Shown: positions 25,100-39,361, counted from the stretch's first letter. The stretch is 64,000 nt of DNA from Octopus vulgaris (GCA_951406725.2 OX597820.1:31124001-31188000), one strand, 5' to 3'. Program-made: numbers and translations. Notes: generated from the letters alone by a model not told the origin.

Positions 25100-26552
25100 A
25101 GAGGCTTGATGAGATCCACTTCAATTTTAGTAGATAAACTGGTTGGAAAGAAAGAGAGAAAAGCAGACGGACAGAAGGAGCCATGGTGGAAGCGGAGAGT
25201 TCAAGGTGATATTAAAACTTTGCGCAAAGATCTGAGTTGCACAGAATAATTGTTCAAAGGGTAATAGAAAAATACTAAAGAAGGTACAAGGGCATATCTT
25301 GATGCAAAATACCAAATAAAAAAGGGTTCAAAACTTCTTGAAACCCTAAAACAATGTGTGCAGGCAAAAACATTAAAGGTGCAATGCTACACTGATTGAA
25401 TATCGCAGTTCCAGTAAAACCGATTATTCTCAAATAACCAGAGGGAGTTTAAGAGCTTTAGCAGAAGATTCAGAAGATAACATACTTCCTGAAGCAGAGG
25501 AAACCTGCCAATTTTGGAATAACATCTGGGGGCAAGAAGTTTCCCTACACCCACGCTGCTGAGTGGATTCATTCTGTGAGATCTGAACTCCACCACCTGG
25601 AGGCTCCATGACAGGACCATGTGTACATAATGAACGATGTAATTGCACAGGTATCAAAACTACCAAACTGGGAAGCAGCAGGAGCAGACAGAATTCAAGG
25701 CTACTGGCTCAAATGGTTTAGGTCAACACACAAGCAAACTGTGTTGCAGTTAGACAATTGCCTACAGAGTGGTGCAGCTCTGGAGTGGATTACAGAGGGA
25801 AAGACAACATTGTTGATGAAAGATTGGTCAAAGGGCAATGAGGTTGGCAATTACCAACCCATTGCTTGTCTTAACCTTCTATGGAAAGTGTCAACAGGCA
25901 TCCTCACAGGGAAAATGTATACGCTCCTTGTAGAAAAAAATCTACTTCCAGTAGAACAAGAGGGATGCTGAAAAGGATCCAAGGGCACCAAGAACTATCT
26001 TGTGATGGATAAGATTGTAATGAAGAACTGTAAACGGTACCAAAAAAACTTGTGCATGGCTTGGATAGACTTTAAAAAGGCTTACGACATGTTGCCACAT
26101 TCGTGCATTTTGGAAATACTTGACATGTAGAATAGCTGAGAACGTGTGTGCACTGAATAAGAACAGTACACCTAGCTAAAAACATGTCTTTTCTGTAGCA
26201 ACCAGCACTTAGCTGAGGTAACAATCAAAAGAGGTATCTTCCAGGGAGACTCTTGTTCAACTTTGCTATTTATTATAGCTTTGATCTCACTTTCTGTACT
26301 CCTATGCAAAGCCAACATGCACTATGAGCTGAGAAAGAATGGACCTTGTCTCAACTACCTTCTCTGCATGGATGATTTAAAACTGTTTGCAAAAACAGAG
26401 TCTGCAATGGAGAAGTTGGTTGAAACTGTGCAGGTGTGCAGCAAGGATATAAAGATGAGATTCAGTATCTCAAAATGTGTGGTGCTCACTCTGAAATGAG
26501 GGAAAAGAGCAGATTGCAGGGGCATAGAATTGCCCAACGGAGAGAGGATGGT
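25100..26552 (+). pseudogene. Decayed reverse transcriptase of an R4/Dong-type (RLE) non-LTR retrotransposon
   Basis: NWEAAGADRIQGYWLK, GNYQPIACLNLLWK, LPVEQEGC*, MAWIDFKKAYDMLPHS, IKRGIFQGDS, LLCMDDLKLF, FSISKC; in-frame stops and frameshifts; preceded by (TAA)n. Confidence 0.9.
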
Positions 26553-27053
26553 TTTACGGGAGCTGACAAGCCAGAGAGCTGCACTGGGTCTCAGTCATCT
26601 GTTTTGGAGTGATTCAATAGTTGGATGTCTTTCCTAATGCCAACTTCTTTACAGAGTCTACAGGTTTTAAACAAGACACTAGCACGGGTACTTTCCACAT
26701 GGAAATGGCACAGGTGAATTTTTTATGTGGTACACACATGGGTGCTTTCATATATGGCACTGGCACATGTGTCTCTTTTACATGGCACCAACACGAGTGC
26801 TTTTTTTTTATGTGACATCATCATGGATCCTTTGTTTCTGTGGTGCCAGCATGTAAATCAAATAGTGAAATAGCAACCTGAGAGCATAGCCACAGAAACA
26901 ATCCAACTACTGAGCATCCAAATGTACGGATGCACCAAAACCAACATGTGGTGCATGAATATCTTGCATTTAAACACAGAACTGCACAATTATGATATTG
27001 GGACTGATATAATCACAGACGATAAAAGATTTGGAATATGAACATATGCAATG

Positions 27054-27091
<38 letters not shown>

Positions 27092-28999
27092 AAATGAATG
27101 GTTTTTATTTGTGCATAGGCTACAGTAAAATGAATGAATAATGTGTATTTGTATGTTTGAAAAAAAAATATTAGAATGCATAGAAATCATCACCCAGAGT
27201 TGTTGTATGAACAGATCTACTGATATACCAGTGACTCTGAATGTGCACGTGTGTGTATTATATTATGAATGTGTGTGTATAAAACTACAAACCATATATG
27301 AGCTCACAGAAACAACAATGAAACTGTACATTCAGACAACATATACACAATAAAAAAAAACCCACATATATATATTCTACGAAATATAGAAAAAAAATAT
27401 GACTAAATACACACACATTATGTATGTATATATACATAAATAAAATACATGTCGCATCAAAAATGAAATGCAATTTTGTCAGAGTGTTTTCAAAACAACA
27501 ATTTTTAGAAGTAGTTTCCGGAAAAAGACGTCAGTACATGTCAATTTTTTTTTCCTAAAACAGATTATTTCCAAGTGCTTTCAAGATTATTAATGTACCA
27601 AACAATAAAGAAAGCAACACATATACACACATATATACTGACACACACACACACACACACACATTTCACGCTACAGTATTTTAGTATAAACATCTTTAAT
27701 AGATCAGAAAAGAAGATAAAGTGTGATATGTGTTTGCATGTAAATGAGAGAGAGAGAGGAGAGTGTGAGTATGTGTGTGTTTGAATATCTAAGATTTAAG
27801 GTTTGTGTGTGTATTTATATATCTGTCAAGGTTTCTTAAAAACAGGTTGTCATGTCTCTCTTTAATACAATCATAGCTCCTCTGTATTACAGAGAAATGA
27901 CAAACTCTGTAATAATAATAATCCTTTCTACTACAGATACAAGGCCTGGAATTTTGGAGGAGGTTGTTAGTTGATTACATCTACCCCAGAACTTTCTGGG
28001 ACTTATTTCACCAACCCTGAAAAGATGAAAAAGTTGACTTCAGTAGCATTTGAACACAGAAAGTAAAGATAGATGAAATGCTAAACGTTTTGTCCAACAT
28101 GCTAATGATTCTTATTTCTTTATTGCCCACAAGGGGCTAAACATAGAGGGGACAAACAAGGACAGACAAAGGGATTAAGTCGATTACATCGACCCCAGTG
28201 CGTAACTGGTACTTAATTTATTGACTCCGAAAGGATGAAAGGCAAAGTTGACCTTGGCGGAATTTGAACTCAGAACGTAATGGTAGACGAATTAGTGCTA
28301 AGCATTTCGCCCAGCGTGCTAACGTTTCTGCCAGCTCACAACATGTTAATGATTCTGTCAGCTTGCTGCCTTAATAATGATAATAATAATAATCCTTTCT
28401 GTTATAGGCAAAAAGCCTGAAATTTTGTTGGAGGGGGCTACTTGATTACATTGACCTCAGTGTTCAACTGATACTTATTTCGTCAATGCCAAAAGGGTGA
28501 AAGGCAAAGTTGACCTCAGCAGCATTTGAATTCAGAATTCAATGGCAGATGAAATGCTGAATTTTGTCTAGCATGCTAACAATTCTGTCAGACCACCACC
28601 TCTAATAATAATAAAGAACATAAAGATAGCTCAATAAATCCAAAGAAAGAATTCTAGGAACATTCAAGAAATATCACAATGCCAACATTCAATACTTTAC
28701 CATGTTGGACATAGCAGGTTAAGTGATACACTATATTTTCCAGCATGTAAATCAAATTTTTTAGACCAAAGCTTTCAGCTAAAAAAGGTGAGGTGGCTTA
28801 TATACCAAGACAACTCTGGACGACCAAAATTTCCTTGTGAAATGGAGCAGGATTTGGAAAGATATTAAGAATGTTTGTATGTTTACACATGTTTATGTTA
28901 CTATATCAACTTGTATGCCAAAAAACATTCGGAGTCCTATCAGGAAATGTGTTGCTGTGTCTCAAACAAGGTACTCTCTAATGCCTAATACCAAGCCAG

Positions 29000-29470
29000 G
29001 CATGGGCGTATGTGCCACTGTTATGCATTGCTACATCCACTGCTTGTCAGTATTTAATCAGGGTGTCCCAGGCAACCCTGCAAGCAGTGTCCCAGTCAGT
29101 CCCCATCTCTATGAGATACCTCTTCATCTGCTGTGACCATGTGGAATGTGCTCAACCATCATGTAACATCACTCTAGTTGGACCCTCAGAGAAGAGAACA
29201 TGATGCACAGGATCCAGCTTAGATTATTTGGTCATGTTGCTCAATTTTCTGAGCTGACACTCTCAAATCATGCAAGTAACAGGATGCATCACTGTATCTG
29301 AGTATAGTTGTTGATTGGATACAAAACCCAACAAATGGTAACCTATAATCCTGCAAAGCATCCTGGTACCAAAGGGCCCTGGACAATGTCCAAATCTCAA
29401 AACTATACAGCAAAGCAAGCAGCACTAGAGATTTCAGACTCCTATCTAAGCCTAGTACCATTTGTATAAA
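29000..29470 (-). mobile_element. Highly decayed LINE (probably RTE) ORF fragment
   Basis: Remnant LVLLALLYSFEIWTLS, resembling the LLYG.E.W motif downstream of RTE RT; otherwise degenerate. Confidence 0.4.
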
Positions 29471-31659
29471 AATCTTAGTTAACTCCAGGAAGCTAAGAGC
29501 TATTTTGTTCATTTCTACATCCATTCTTCCATGCTAGTATGAGTTACACAAATGTATCATTGAGGTGTTTTACAGCCAGATGCTATTCCTGAAATTAATC
29601 TTCACCTGTTTTCCAAGTAAAGGACCTATTATTTCATGTTTTCAGAAATGCAAATCCAGTGGACAATTTGTTGACAAGAGAAATGGCAACAACATTAGTT
29701 GAAGTTCAAGGTTTTCAGCAAAATACAGATATAAACAAACACTCATACACACATGAATATGATAAGTTTCTTTCAGTTTCTGTTTTCTAAATCTGTTCAT
29801 AAGGCTTTGGTTGGCTAAGAGCCATAGTAGAAGACATTCACTTAAGCTGCTGTACAGTGGGATTAAATCTAAAACCATGTGGTTGGGAAGCAAACTTCTG
29901 AACTATACATCAAACTTATGACAAGAGAATACCAAACATGTACACACACATTGAACAAGTTTTTTCAGTTTTTTTCCATCTTCTGAATTCACAAACAAAG
30001 CTTTGGCTGGTTTGGAGCTGTAGCAGAAGATATTCATCCACGGTGTTGCACAGTGAGATTGAACCCAAAACCAAGTAGCTAGGAAACCAATTTCTTGACT
30101 ACACAGCCACATCTACACATTTTTCATGGCAAACATCAAACTTAGGCCGGACACAATTTTGCTGTGAGGCACATTAGCTATTGTGTTAGCACTAAGTGGC
30201 TGACAAATTATCTTGCAGACATAAACTAGTACAGTTAAAATAACAATCTAATTATAATATCTAATTTCAGAAGGTGGAAAAGCAAGTACTTTGTATAGTG
30301 TAATCAGAAACATGATCACCTAAGAGATAATCAGTTGAAAGATCAAGTCCTATCAGTGGGTCTATCTCTAGCTTCTGTTTCAAATCAACATCTAAAAAAT
30401 TTTAAATCAACTTGTTAGTGTTACTTGTCATATGACGAGTTAATTTTGGAAGTATACTTTTTCCATCATGGGTAATATCAGGACATGTGACATCATCATC
30501 ATCATTTAGCATCCGTTTTCCATGCTGGCATGGGTTAGACAGTTTGACTGGAACTGGTAAGCTGCACCAGGTTCCAGTCTGTTTTGGCTTCGTTTCTACT
30601 GCTGGATTCCTTCTCTAATGCCAACCATTCCACAGAGTATACCAGGTGCCTATCACGTGTCACCGGCACTGGCCACAACTACAATTTCACTCAGCTTGAC
30701 CTATCTTCTCAAGCACAGCAAATTGTCAAAAGTCTCAGTTGCTTGTCACTGCCTCTGCAAGACTCGACATATATATGATAACTATAATTTAACTTATGAA
30801 ATATAATTTTCCAAAGAAAAATATTTATTCCCTTAAAATAAAATTAAAGAAAACGAATTTCTCATTTGTACAACAAGGTTTACACAATCACAAGAATGAG
30901 TTTATCCTGTAGTTGGACAAGATTTTGTTTCAAATATAAAAAAAAAGTGTCCACTACCCAAGGCTGAGAAGATAACCTTTCAGATTTAAGTTCATTTGTG
31001 TTTTAGGAAGGACCAAACCCAATTAATGAACAGTGCCTCAACGTTAAAGTAATCTCCACAACATTATCCCCATTTGTTGATGTATTACACTTCTCACCAA
31101 TTAGTAATTCATTTGGGAAAGGCATGACTGTCACTACTCACATTAAAACCTCTTCTGCTGCCAAGATGCTTAATTAATCATTGTTGAGTTCACTAATTAT
31201 AAATAATTAAGAAATGTTTAATGTTTGGCAATAAATATATATAAAATTAATATAAACAGCCAGGTGCAATGTGATACCTATTTCTTTATTACCCACAAGG
31301 GACTAAACACAGAGAGGACAAACAAGGACAGACAAATGGATTAAGTTGATTATATTGACCCCAGTGTGTAACTGGTACTTATTTAATCGACCCCAAAAGA
31401 ATGAAAGGCAAATTTGAACTAAGAATGTAAGCATTTCGCCCGGCGTGCTAACGTCTCTGCCAGCTTGCCAGGTACAATGTGATACCATGAAGGAAAAACT
31501 CAATCATCACTAAGTGTGACTAAGGACGCCAAAGCACCTACATTGCTAGAAGAGTTTCATTAAGAAATAAGAGTTTCTTAATGCTGTAAGAGGAGTGCAA
31601 AATGTATACACACATGCTGACAGAGGAGGCATATATATATCATTCTTTAACAAGAATAA

Positions 31660-31754
31660 TATTGACAGTAACTATGAAGTTTTGGCCAGCTAAACCGTCA
31701 TCTGACAGTTCAATGGTGGCTTAGCTGGCCAAAACTTCGAAGTCACTGTCAATA
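31660..31754. repeat. Short foldback made of two decayed hammerhead-like units (related copy ~44260-44345)
   Basis: attgacagt...gaagttttggccagctaa / ttagctggccaaaacttc...actgtcaat. Confidence 0.75.
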
Positions 31755-32331
31755 CACTCAGTACTATGGACCTCCCTTTAACAGATTTCAGAAGCAGCGG
31801 ACAAAATCACGGGATACCAACAACACAAGTGCAAATATGTCTCACCTCAAGTGGCACAGTGTTTTGTCTTGTCTCATTTACAGATACTTAGCTCAGGACT
31901 TACATGTCTTATTAACAAATATGGCCTATGAGTGTGCTTGCTGCAATGATCTTTGTGACATCTGGGCCAGCTGTATGAAGATGAGTTCTGAGAGGCAAAT
32001 TTAAGCCAACCTTAGAAAGCCAAATCTTACCATACATTGAACAACAGAAGGATGACCCTATTTCTGTGTTTAGCAAGGTGTTAGTTTTCCATGCATACTT
32101 TTGTTTGTTTTCTTCAAAATCTTTTACCTCAAGCCATTTATTTCTGACAAGGAACAATACATCACTTGTCACATGTAACCCAATACAATCAGTTACATAG
32201 CTGGTTTCTTGGTGACTAAACCCACAACTCCCCTGTGTTAGTTTGGTGAGAAGGGTGATATCTGGACACCCAGCAGGATGTAAAACAAAACACATTAAAG
32301 GGTGGACGAATTTATGAGTCAACAGCCATCC

Positions 32332-33040
32332 GCTTTTTCCTATTGTCATTTCTTCCTACTCTCGTTGTTCTCCCTGATAGATCACTAGCTACTACACATG
32401 CTTTATTTTCTCTTTTTTTTTCTGTGTTCCTTTCTGTGGAAGAGCATAGGCTCAAAATGTTAAGACTTTTTCACTTCCCAAGCGTTAAACTAATACATCT
32501 GTTTGTTGTCTACACCACCTCTCTTCGTCTCTTGTTTTTTTTGTGAATTCTCCCAATATATTACATGCTCCCATGGTCGCACCAGTTGATCCTGTCTACT
32601 CTCATTACCCAATGAACTTTTACACCTTCTACACTGGACTATTCTACCCGGATTCTCTACCTGGACTTTCTACTCTTGTACATGTCAGCTGCACCTCTCC
32701 TACCCATGGATTATACTGGACTCCGCTGTTGATGAGAAATCGCTCCAATACGACACAATGTTTGAAGCTTTTAAACCTTTTGAACTTTTCATAACTTTTT
32801 TGTACTTTCTGCTTTTTCCTATTGTCATTTCTTCTTACTCTGGTTGTTCTCCATGATAGATGGCTAGCCACAACACATTCTTTATTTTCTCTCCTTGTTT
32901 CTTTCTGCGTTCCTTTCTGTGGAAGAGCGCAGGCTCGAAACGTTAAAGACTTTTTCACTTCCCGTGCATTAAACTAATACATCTGTTTGTTGTCCACACC
33001 ACCTGTCTTCGTCTTTTTTGTGAATTCTGCCTATATATAT
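32332..33040 (+). mobile_element. Penelope-like element remnant: ~230-bp direct repeats (32332-32560, 32811-33040), each with a hammerhead-like motif
   Basis: Direct repeat gctttttcctattgtcatttc...tttgtgaattct; motif cttt-CTGTGGA-a-gagc gcag gctc-GAAA-CGTT-aaag in the second copy. Confidence 0.6.
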
Positions 33041-33068
33041 ATAGGCCTCCGTGCTTTGGGGACGTAGC

Positions 33069-33252
33069 AAACACCATCCGATCGTGGCCGTCTGCCAGCC
33101 TCATCTGGCACCTGTGTCGGTGGCACATGGAAACACCATCCGAGCGTGGCCGTCTGCCAGCCTCGTCTGGCACCTGTGTCGGTGGCACATGGAAACACCA
33201 TCCGAGCGTGGCCGTTCGCCAGCCTCGTCTGGCACCTGTGTCGGTGGCACAT
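33069..33252 (+). repeat. 62-bp tandem repeat (x3) inside a family-C element
   Basis: aaacaccatccg... recurs at 33069, 33131 and 33193. Confidence 0.9.
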
Positions 33253-34536
33253 AAAATCACCCACTACACTCTCGGAGTGGTTGGCGTTAGGAAGGGCATC
33301 CAGCTGTAGAAACACTGCCAGATCTGACTGGCCTGTGCAGCCTTCGGCTCCCCAGACCCCAGTTGAACCGTCCAACCCATGCTAGCATGGAAAACGGACG
33401 CTAAATATATATATATATATATATATATATCATGTATGAAAGGATGTATGTATGGGGAGAAAAAGAGCTGGAAATATTTATCGATATTCTTTTACTTGTT
33501 TCAGTCATTTGACTGTGGCCATGCTGGAGCACTACCTTAAAGGGTTTTTAGTCAAACAAATTGGCCCAAGGACTTATTCTTTGCAAGCCTAGTACTTATT
33601 CTATTGGTGTCTTTTGCTGAACCACTAAGTTACGGGGACATAAACACACCAATATCGGTTGTCAATCAATAGTGGGGGAACAAACACGCACCATCGCCAT
33701 TATCATCATTTAATGTCCATTGTCCATGCTAGCAAGCTGGAAGGCTGTACCAGATTCAAGTCTGTTTTGGCATGGTTTCTATGGCTGGATGCCCTCAAAA
33801 TATATATATATATATGATGGGCTTCTTTCAGCTTCTGCCTACCAAATCCACTCACAAAGCTTTAGTCGGCCCCAAGGCTATAGTAGAAGACACTTGTCTA
33901 AGGTACCATGCAGTAGGACTGAACTCAGAATCATGTGGTTGGGAAGCAAGCTTCTTACTATACACCCATGTACATATATACATATATATGTAGTGTATGT
34001 GTGTGTGTGTAAATAGTTAAAGTGTGGCACAGTGTTTATACCCAAAATTATTTAAATTCCACAAGCTCAGTTCTTTTAAGCTGTAAACAGCTACCATGAA
34101 TAAAAATAGTTCACTGTAGTAGGGAATCATTGTAGAGTTAATGACTAATTGCATGCTGAGTTCAAATCCTATAGCATGTACAACTTAACACCGAAACACT
34201 ACAGAGACAAGCCAATAATACAGCCTCTACACAGGCATTTCACCAGCTAAAAATAACAGCCAACACTGTAATACAAATGGAAACAATACATTTGATAATG
34301 TGGTCCTGATGTACTGAGGCTGAATAAAAGGAGAAATGGGTCATGGTTAGGATGCCAATGATCACATGCCTGTTCAATCAGAAATGACCCAGGGTTAAAC
34401 ATCAAGAGTACATTAAAATTCAATCTTCAACTAGCAGAACTCTGACTCAAAACAACTCACAGCATGCACTTTCCATAAGACAAAGCAGTTAAAAAAATAT
34501 ACTCCACTATATTTGTGTCTGTGCTTTTATACATTT

Positions 34537-34539
<3 letters not shown>

Positions 34540-34594
<55 letters not shown>

Positions 34595-34770
34595 CATACA
34601 TTTTAACTGCATTATCTGGCTCATTATATTACTTAGAGTGCATGCTGTGAGCTCTGAGTCAGAAGGCGACTACTTGAAGACTGAATATTATGTGTGTGTG
34701 CGTATGTATACATATGTGTATGTTTGTGTGTATATAAACATGTGTGTATATATACATGTGTGTGTATATG

Positions 34771-34811
<41 letters not shown>

Positions 34812-34980
34812 GTGTGAGCATATATGTATGCACGAATGTGTGTGTGTGTATACATGTGTGTATACATGTGTGTATATATGTGTGTGGGTGAGTGTGTATA
34901 TATATAATTATGAAGATGGTAAAGGTTATAAACATTGCTTATATGTGCCAGTGAATGAACGAATGTATGTATGTATGTAT
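34540..34980. repeat. (TA)n and (TG/TA)n compound microsatellites
   Basis: Direct inspection. Confidence 0.9.
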
Positions 34981-37900
34981 GTCTTGTAAATTTTTTTTCT
35001 CATTTTGTTTTCTTCCTCCATCCCTGAATAAATTTCTGTCATGCCATATGGATTCGTTTAATTACAGCTGATTGGATTTGTACAAAAAAAAAAGCAACAT
35101 CAACATTTTGACAGAGTTCAAATCTGACAAGAGTTCCCTCAAGCAAAGGAAACATGAAAAATACCACACATTCATAACAGAATACACACTTTCAATACAC
35201 ACATACATACATACATGCATGCATCTATGCAGAGCATACAGACACAAAAACAGAAAAGCAGTAAACTGGAATGGAGGTATACAAAGTAGGAATGGCTATG
35301 ATTATAAAAGTGTTTTTCGTGGAGTGAAATTATGAACCTAGTAAGAATATGAGAAAGGCGAAAATGTCTTCATAGCAGTGAACCAACTGAGGTAGAGAAA
35401 GGTCATGCATAACATTTTGTAGTTTTACAGAAACATGAAATGTTATGAGGCCATTCAAAGAGCACATGTGACAGTACCACATCAAAAGTTCAGAGTATCT
35501 TACAGATATTACATTTTATATATGTATATATATATTTATATATTCATAGTTAGGATGTGTTTTGCCCCTTTATGGTATATGGCACAAAACAAACACAGTA
35601 CACACATACGTGCAGACAGGAAAAATGCACTCAAGCACAGGCACATATTTACTGAAAGACATGACAAACATATTTATATAAGAAGGAGAAGTGAGTGAGT
35701 GAGTATGTGTGGGCATGTCTAAGCAACGACAGAAATAAGAGCCTCCAAAACACACTTAATCACATAACTTTCTCCTCACCAGCTTGCACCCCACCCAAAA
35801 CTGTATTTCATCCATTAAGCATCCATACCAAATATTTAGCTCAATATTTCTATTTCTAGAAATGCACCTCCACCACACACACACACTCTCTCTCTTGTCT
35901 TCCTCTCTAGTAACAAAAAGAAAAAAATATACAATTCATACTGAACATTAACCACACTAGCACCATTTTAATATTCATTTTTCCAATGCTTTGATGGAAT
36001 TCATTGAAGCATTTTTCAACAGTTGGATGCTCTTCCTGTCACTGACCCTCAACTATTTCCAAGATAATATTTCTCCTAGTCCTTTGAACATGAACAGCAC
36101 AGTGGCTGGACATGTTTTCATGGAAGATTGCAAACAAATGACAACATTTACATGGCAGTGGCATTTGTTATAATTAGATGTCAAGACACACACTCTCACA
36201 CACACACAAATGCAACAGGCTTCTCTCAGTTTTTGCTTATAGAGCTATTGTAGAAGACACCTGTCTAAAGTAGCCCACAGTGGGATTGAAACCCAAACTG
36301 CATGGTTTAAAAGCAAACTTCTTAACCAAACAACCATACCAGTACCTACAAATATATTTATATATGCTTTATACTACAATCTGTGAAGGATACAAACATA
36401 GGTTTCCAATGGGCCAATCACAACTTCACTGCAATTCTGATAGAGTATCTGCAGAACAACTATCACAAAGAACTTTACTTGAAGAACACTTATTTTTCTA
36501 TTTCATTGATGTTTACACATAAATACATATGGCAGGCTTCCACACAGTTTGTTTTCAATCAAATTCCATTCACAAGGTATTGGTTAAGCCACAGTTATAG
36601 TAAAAGACACTCACCCAAAGTGCCATGCAATGGAAGGGAACCAAAAACCAAATAATTGCAAAGGGAACTTGTTAAAAACACAGCCATATACTCGGGAATT
36701 AAACTAAGGCATTTTCATATAATAACATGATCTGTTAGAAATAACAGGCAAATCTCCCTTAAACTACAACCTACTGTCATTAATTCTTAAATTCCTGTAC
36801 CATAGATATTCACACTTGGTGCTAAATTTTGAAGTGCATGAAGCCACACACAGTTCAAATAGTGATGCTGTCTGAGAGTCAAAAAGCGTAACAAAAGTTT
36901 AGCTTCATTTTAGAAAGAACTTCCTGTTCACACCAAGTGTGCTTTGATTTTTGTTTTATGAAGTGAATTTCTCTGTACTCTTTTTTTTACCTTCCTTTGA
37001 TTTTTAAGGATAATGGCAGATAATATCTTAAGCAGTGAGTTAAAATTTGGTGAGATTGTTGTTTATTTGTTAATTAGGAAATTAATGCCCAGAAATATAT
37101 TTTAAAGCACTTACAGTCAACTTAACTGTATTCAACCTATCACAGCAAATGAAAGGACATGACAACAGGTAAAAACCACATCCATGATGTACACCATTAG
37201 TCGTTATTGTATCAGCAAATTTCATTCACATTCATGCAATTATGATATTTTAAAACTAAATAAATGCATTTTGTCAAAACCTCAAGTTTCTAACGGGATT
37301 GACATATTTATAGAGAAAGAATGGTACAGGACTATTTAAGCTAATGGGAACACTGGGTGATATATAAAACGATGAGACAGTCATAGTTGGAATACTTTTA
37401 ATTAGAGGTCTTTTCAATCAGGCCTTATCTGTGGCTAAATATGACCACTACCTACAATACTTGTGCTGAAACAAGTGAGAGGATCTTTACATAGTTGCCT
37501 CTGATCTTGTAATGTCTGATCAATCAGATTTGATCTAAGGTCGAACAATATGAAGCATGAAAGAATTATGAACAAAGCTCTTCCACCTTTGACCTCTGTG
37601 GAAACAAAGTTATCAACCAAATTTGAAACCCTAGTGGTTAGAGTGTAGGTACTATTTTAAAGAATGGCAAGGTGTAATTTGAGGGAAATTTTGCTGCAAT
37701 TTCTGGAGCGATGGGTAACCAGATAGAGGGTCCATTCACAAAGTTTTACCTTGTGAATGGAAATTATGCAGAAGCCTATGATGCATACATATATATGTGT
37801 AAACATTGAGAAAACTGAAAAGCCTATGCTCTCAAGTAAAATCCTTTGTCATATTTGTTCTGTCATGAGTTAAAAACATTCCAATATTGCACTGCAAAGG

Positions 37901-38024
37901 GTATCTAAGAGTGCTGCATTAGAGTGTGCTTCTCCTCTGGATTTATGTATTTCTACAAACGATGTTTTATATATAAATGAGTCAATGACCTCAAGACACC
38001 TGTAAAATACCAAAAATAACTCAC

Positions 38025-38070
38025 CCAATACTTCTCTATTGTTAACTCCTTCATCAGCTCTATGTCGCTT
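38025..38070 (-). CDS. ATP8A1: Flippase small exon (46 nt, phase 0->1): KRHRADEGVNNREVL
   Basis: ttttacag|AAG acceptor, G|gtgagt donor; matches the conserved KRH.AD..VN motif; phase fits both neighbours. Confidence 0.93.
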
Positions 38071-38669
38071 CTGTAAAATAAAATAAAAAAAGAAATTATC
38101 ATTATTATAAAAAAATCATTAATAACAATAATTATCATTCATCATCATCAATCAGTGTCTGCTTCCCATGATGGTTTGACTGGAGCTGGAGAGCTGTACC
38201 AGGTTCCAGTTTGACTTGGCATGGTTTCTACAGCTGGATACCCTTCCAGATGCCAACCACTCCAAGAGTTTTTTGTAATAAAAATGGAAACAAAGACTAT
38301 CATTCATTTGATGATGATGCTCATTTACAACCTAATCATGATGTCAAACGGAAGCAGACATTGGAGCTGAATGCAGTCCTCCAGCTCATTAGATTTTATC
38401 AAACCATCCAAGCTATGCTGGCATGGAAGATGGATGCTAAATGATGATATAACAGGCTTCTTTCAGTTTCCTTTTGCCAGATCCACTCATAAGGCATTTT
38501 GGTTGGCTGGAAGCAACAAGTTGAGGACACCTGTCCAAGGTGCCATGCAGTAGGACTGAACCTGGGAAGCTAGTTTCTTAATCACACTGTCATATCTATG
38601 CCTAAAGACACTTGCCCAAAACACTATGTAGCTGACAGAACACAATACTTCATGATTACTAAACAGGTG

Positions 38670-39058
38670 TAGGAGTGGCTGTGTGGTAAGTAGCTTGCTT
38701 ACCAACCAATGGTTCCAGGTTCAGTCCCACTGCATGGCACATTGGGCAAGTGTCTTCTACTATAGCCTTGGGCCAACCAAAACCTTGTGAGTGGATTTGG
38801 TAGACGGAAACTGAAAGAAGCCCGTCGTATATATATGTGTGTGTGTGTGTGTATGTTTATGTGTCTGTGTTTGTCCCCCCAACGTCGCTTGACAACCGAT
38901 GTTGGTGTGTTTACGTCCCTGTAACTTAGTAGTTTGGCAAGATAGACTGATAGAATAAGTACTAGGCTTACAAAGAATAAGTCCTGGGGTTGATTTGCTT
39001 GACTAAAGGCGGTGCTCTAGCATGGCCGCAGTCAAATGACTGAAACAAGTAAAAGGGT
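38670..39058 (+). mobile_element. Full-length, well-preserved family-B SINE
   Basis: Complete head, core and tail; lies tail-to-tail with the copy at 39115-39515. Confidence 0.9.
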
Positions 39059-39114
39059 AAACAACTCACTTAGTCAATTATGTATGTAAACACACACAAA
39101 TGTAAGTATGTCTT

Positions 39115-39327
39115 TTATCTTTTACTTGTTTCAGTCATTAGACTGTGACCATGCTGGGGCACTGCCTTGAAGAACTTTTAGTTGAATGAATCAACCTCCG
39201 TACGTATTTTTTGTTAAACCTGATAATTTTATTGGCCTCTTTTGCCAAACTGTTAAGTTACAGGGAAATAAACACACCAACACTGGTTGCCAAGCAGTAT
39301 TGGTGGACAAGCACAGACACAAAGTAC

Positions 39328-39361
<34 letters not shown>

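Noticed and set aside
33069-33252. Regularly spaced repeats that could suggest a CRISPR array (also 62553-62957)
   Set aside because: Contiguous tandem units without unique spacers, no cas genes, eukaryotic intron.
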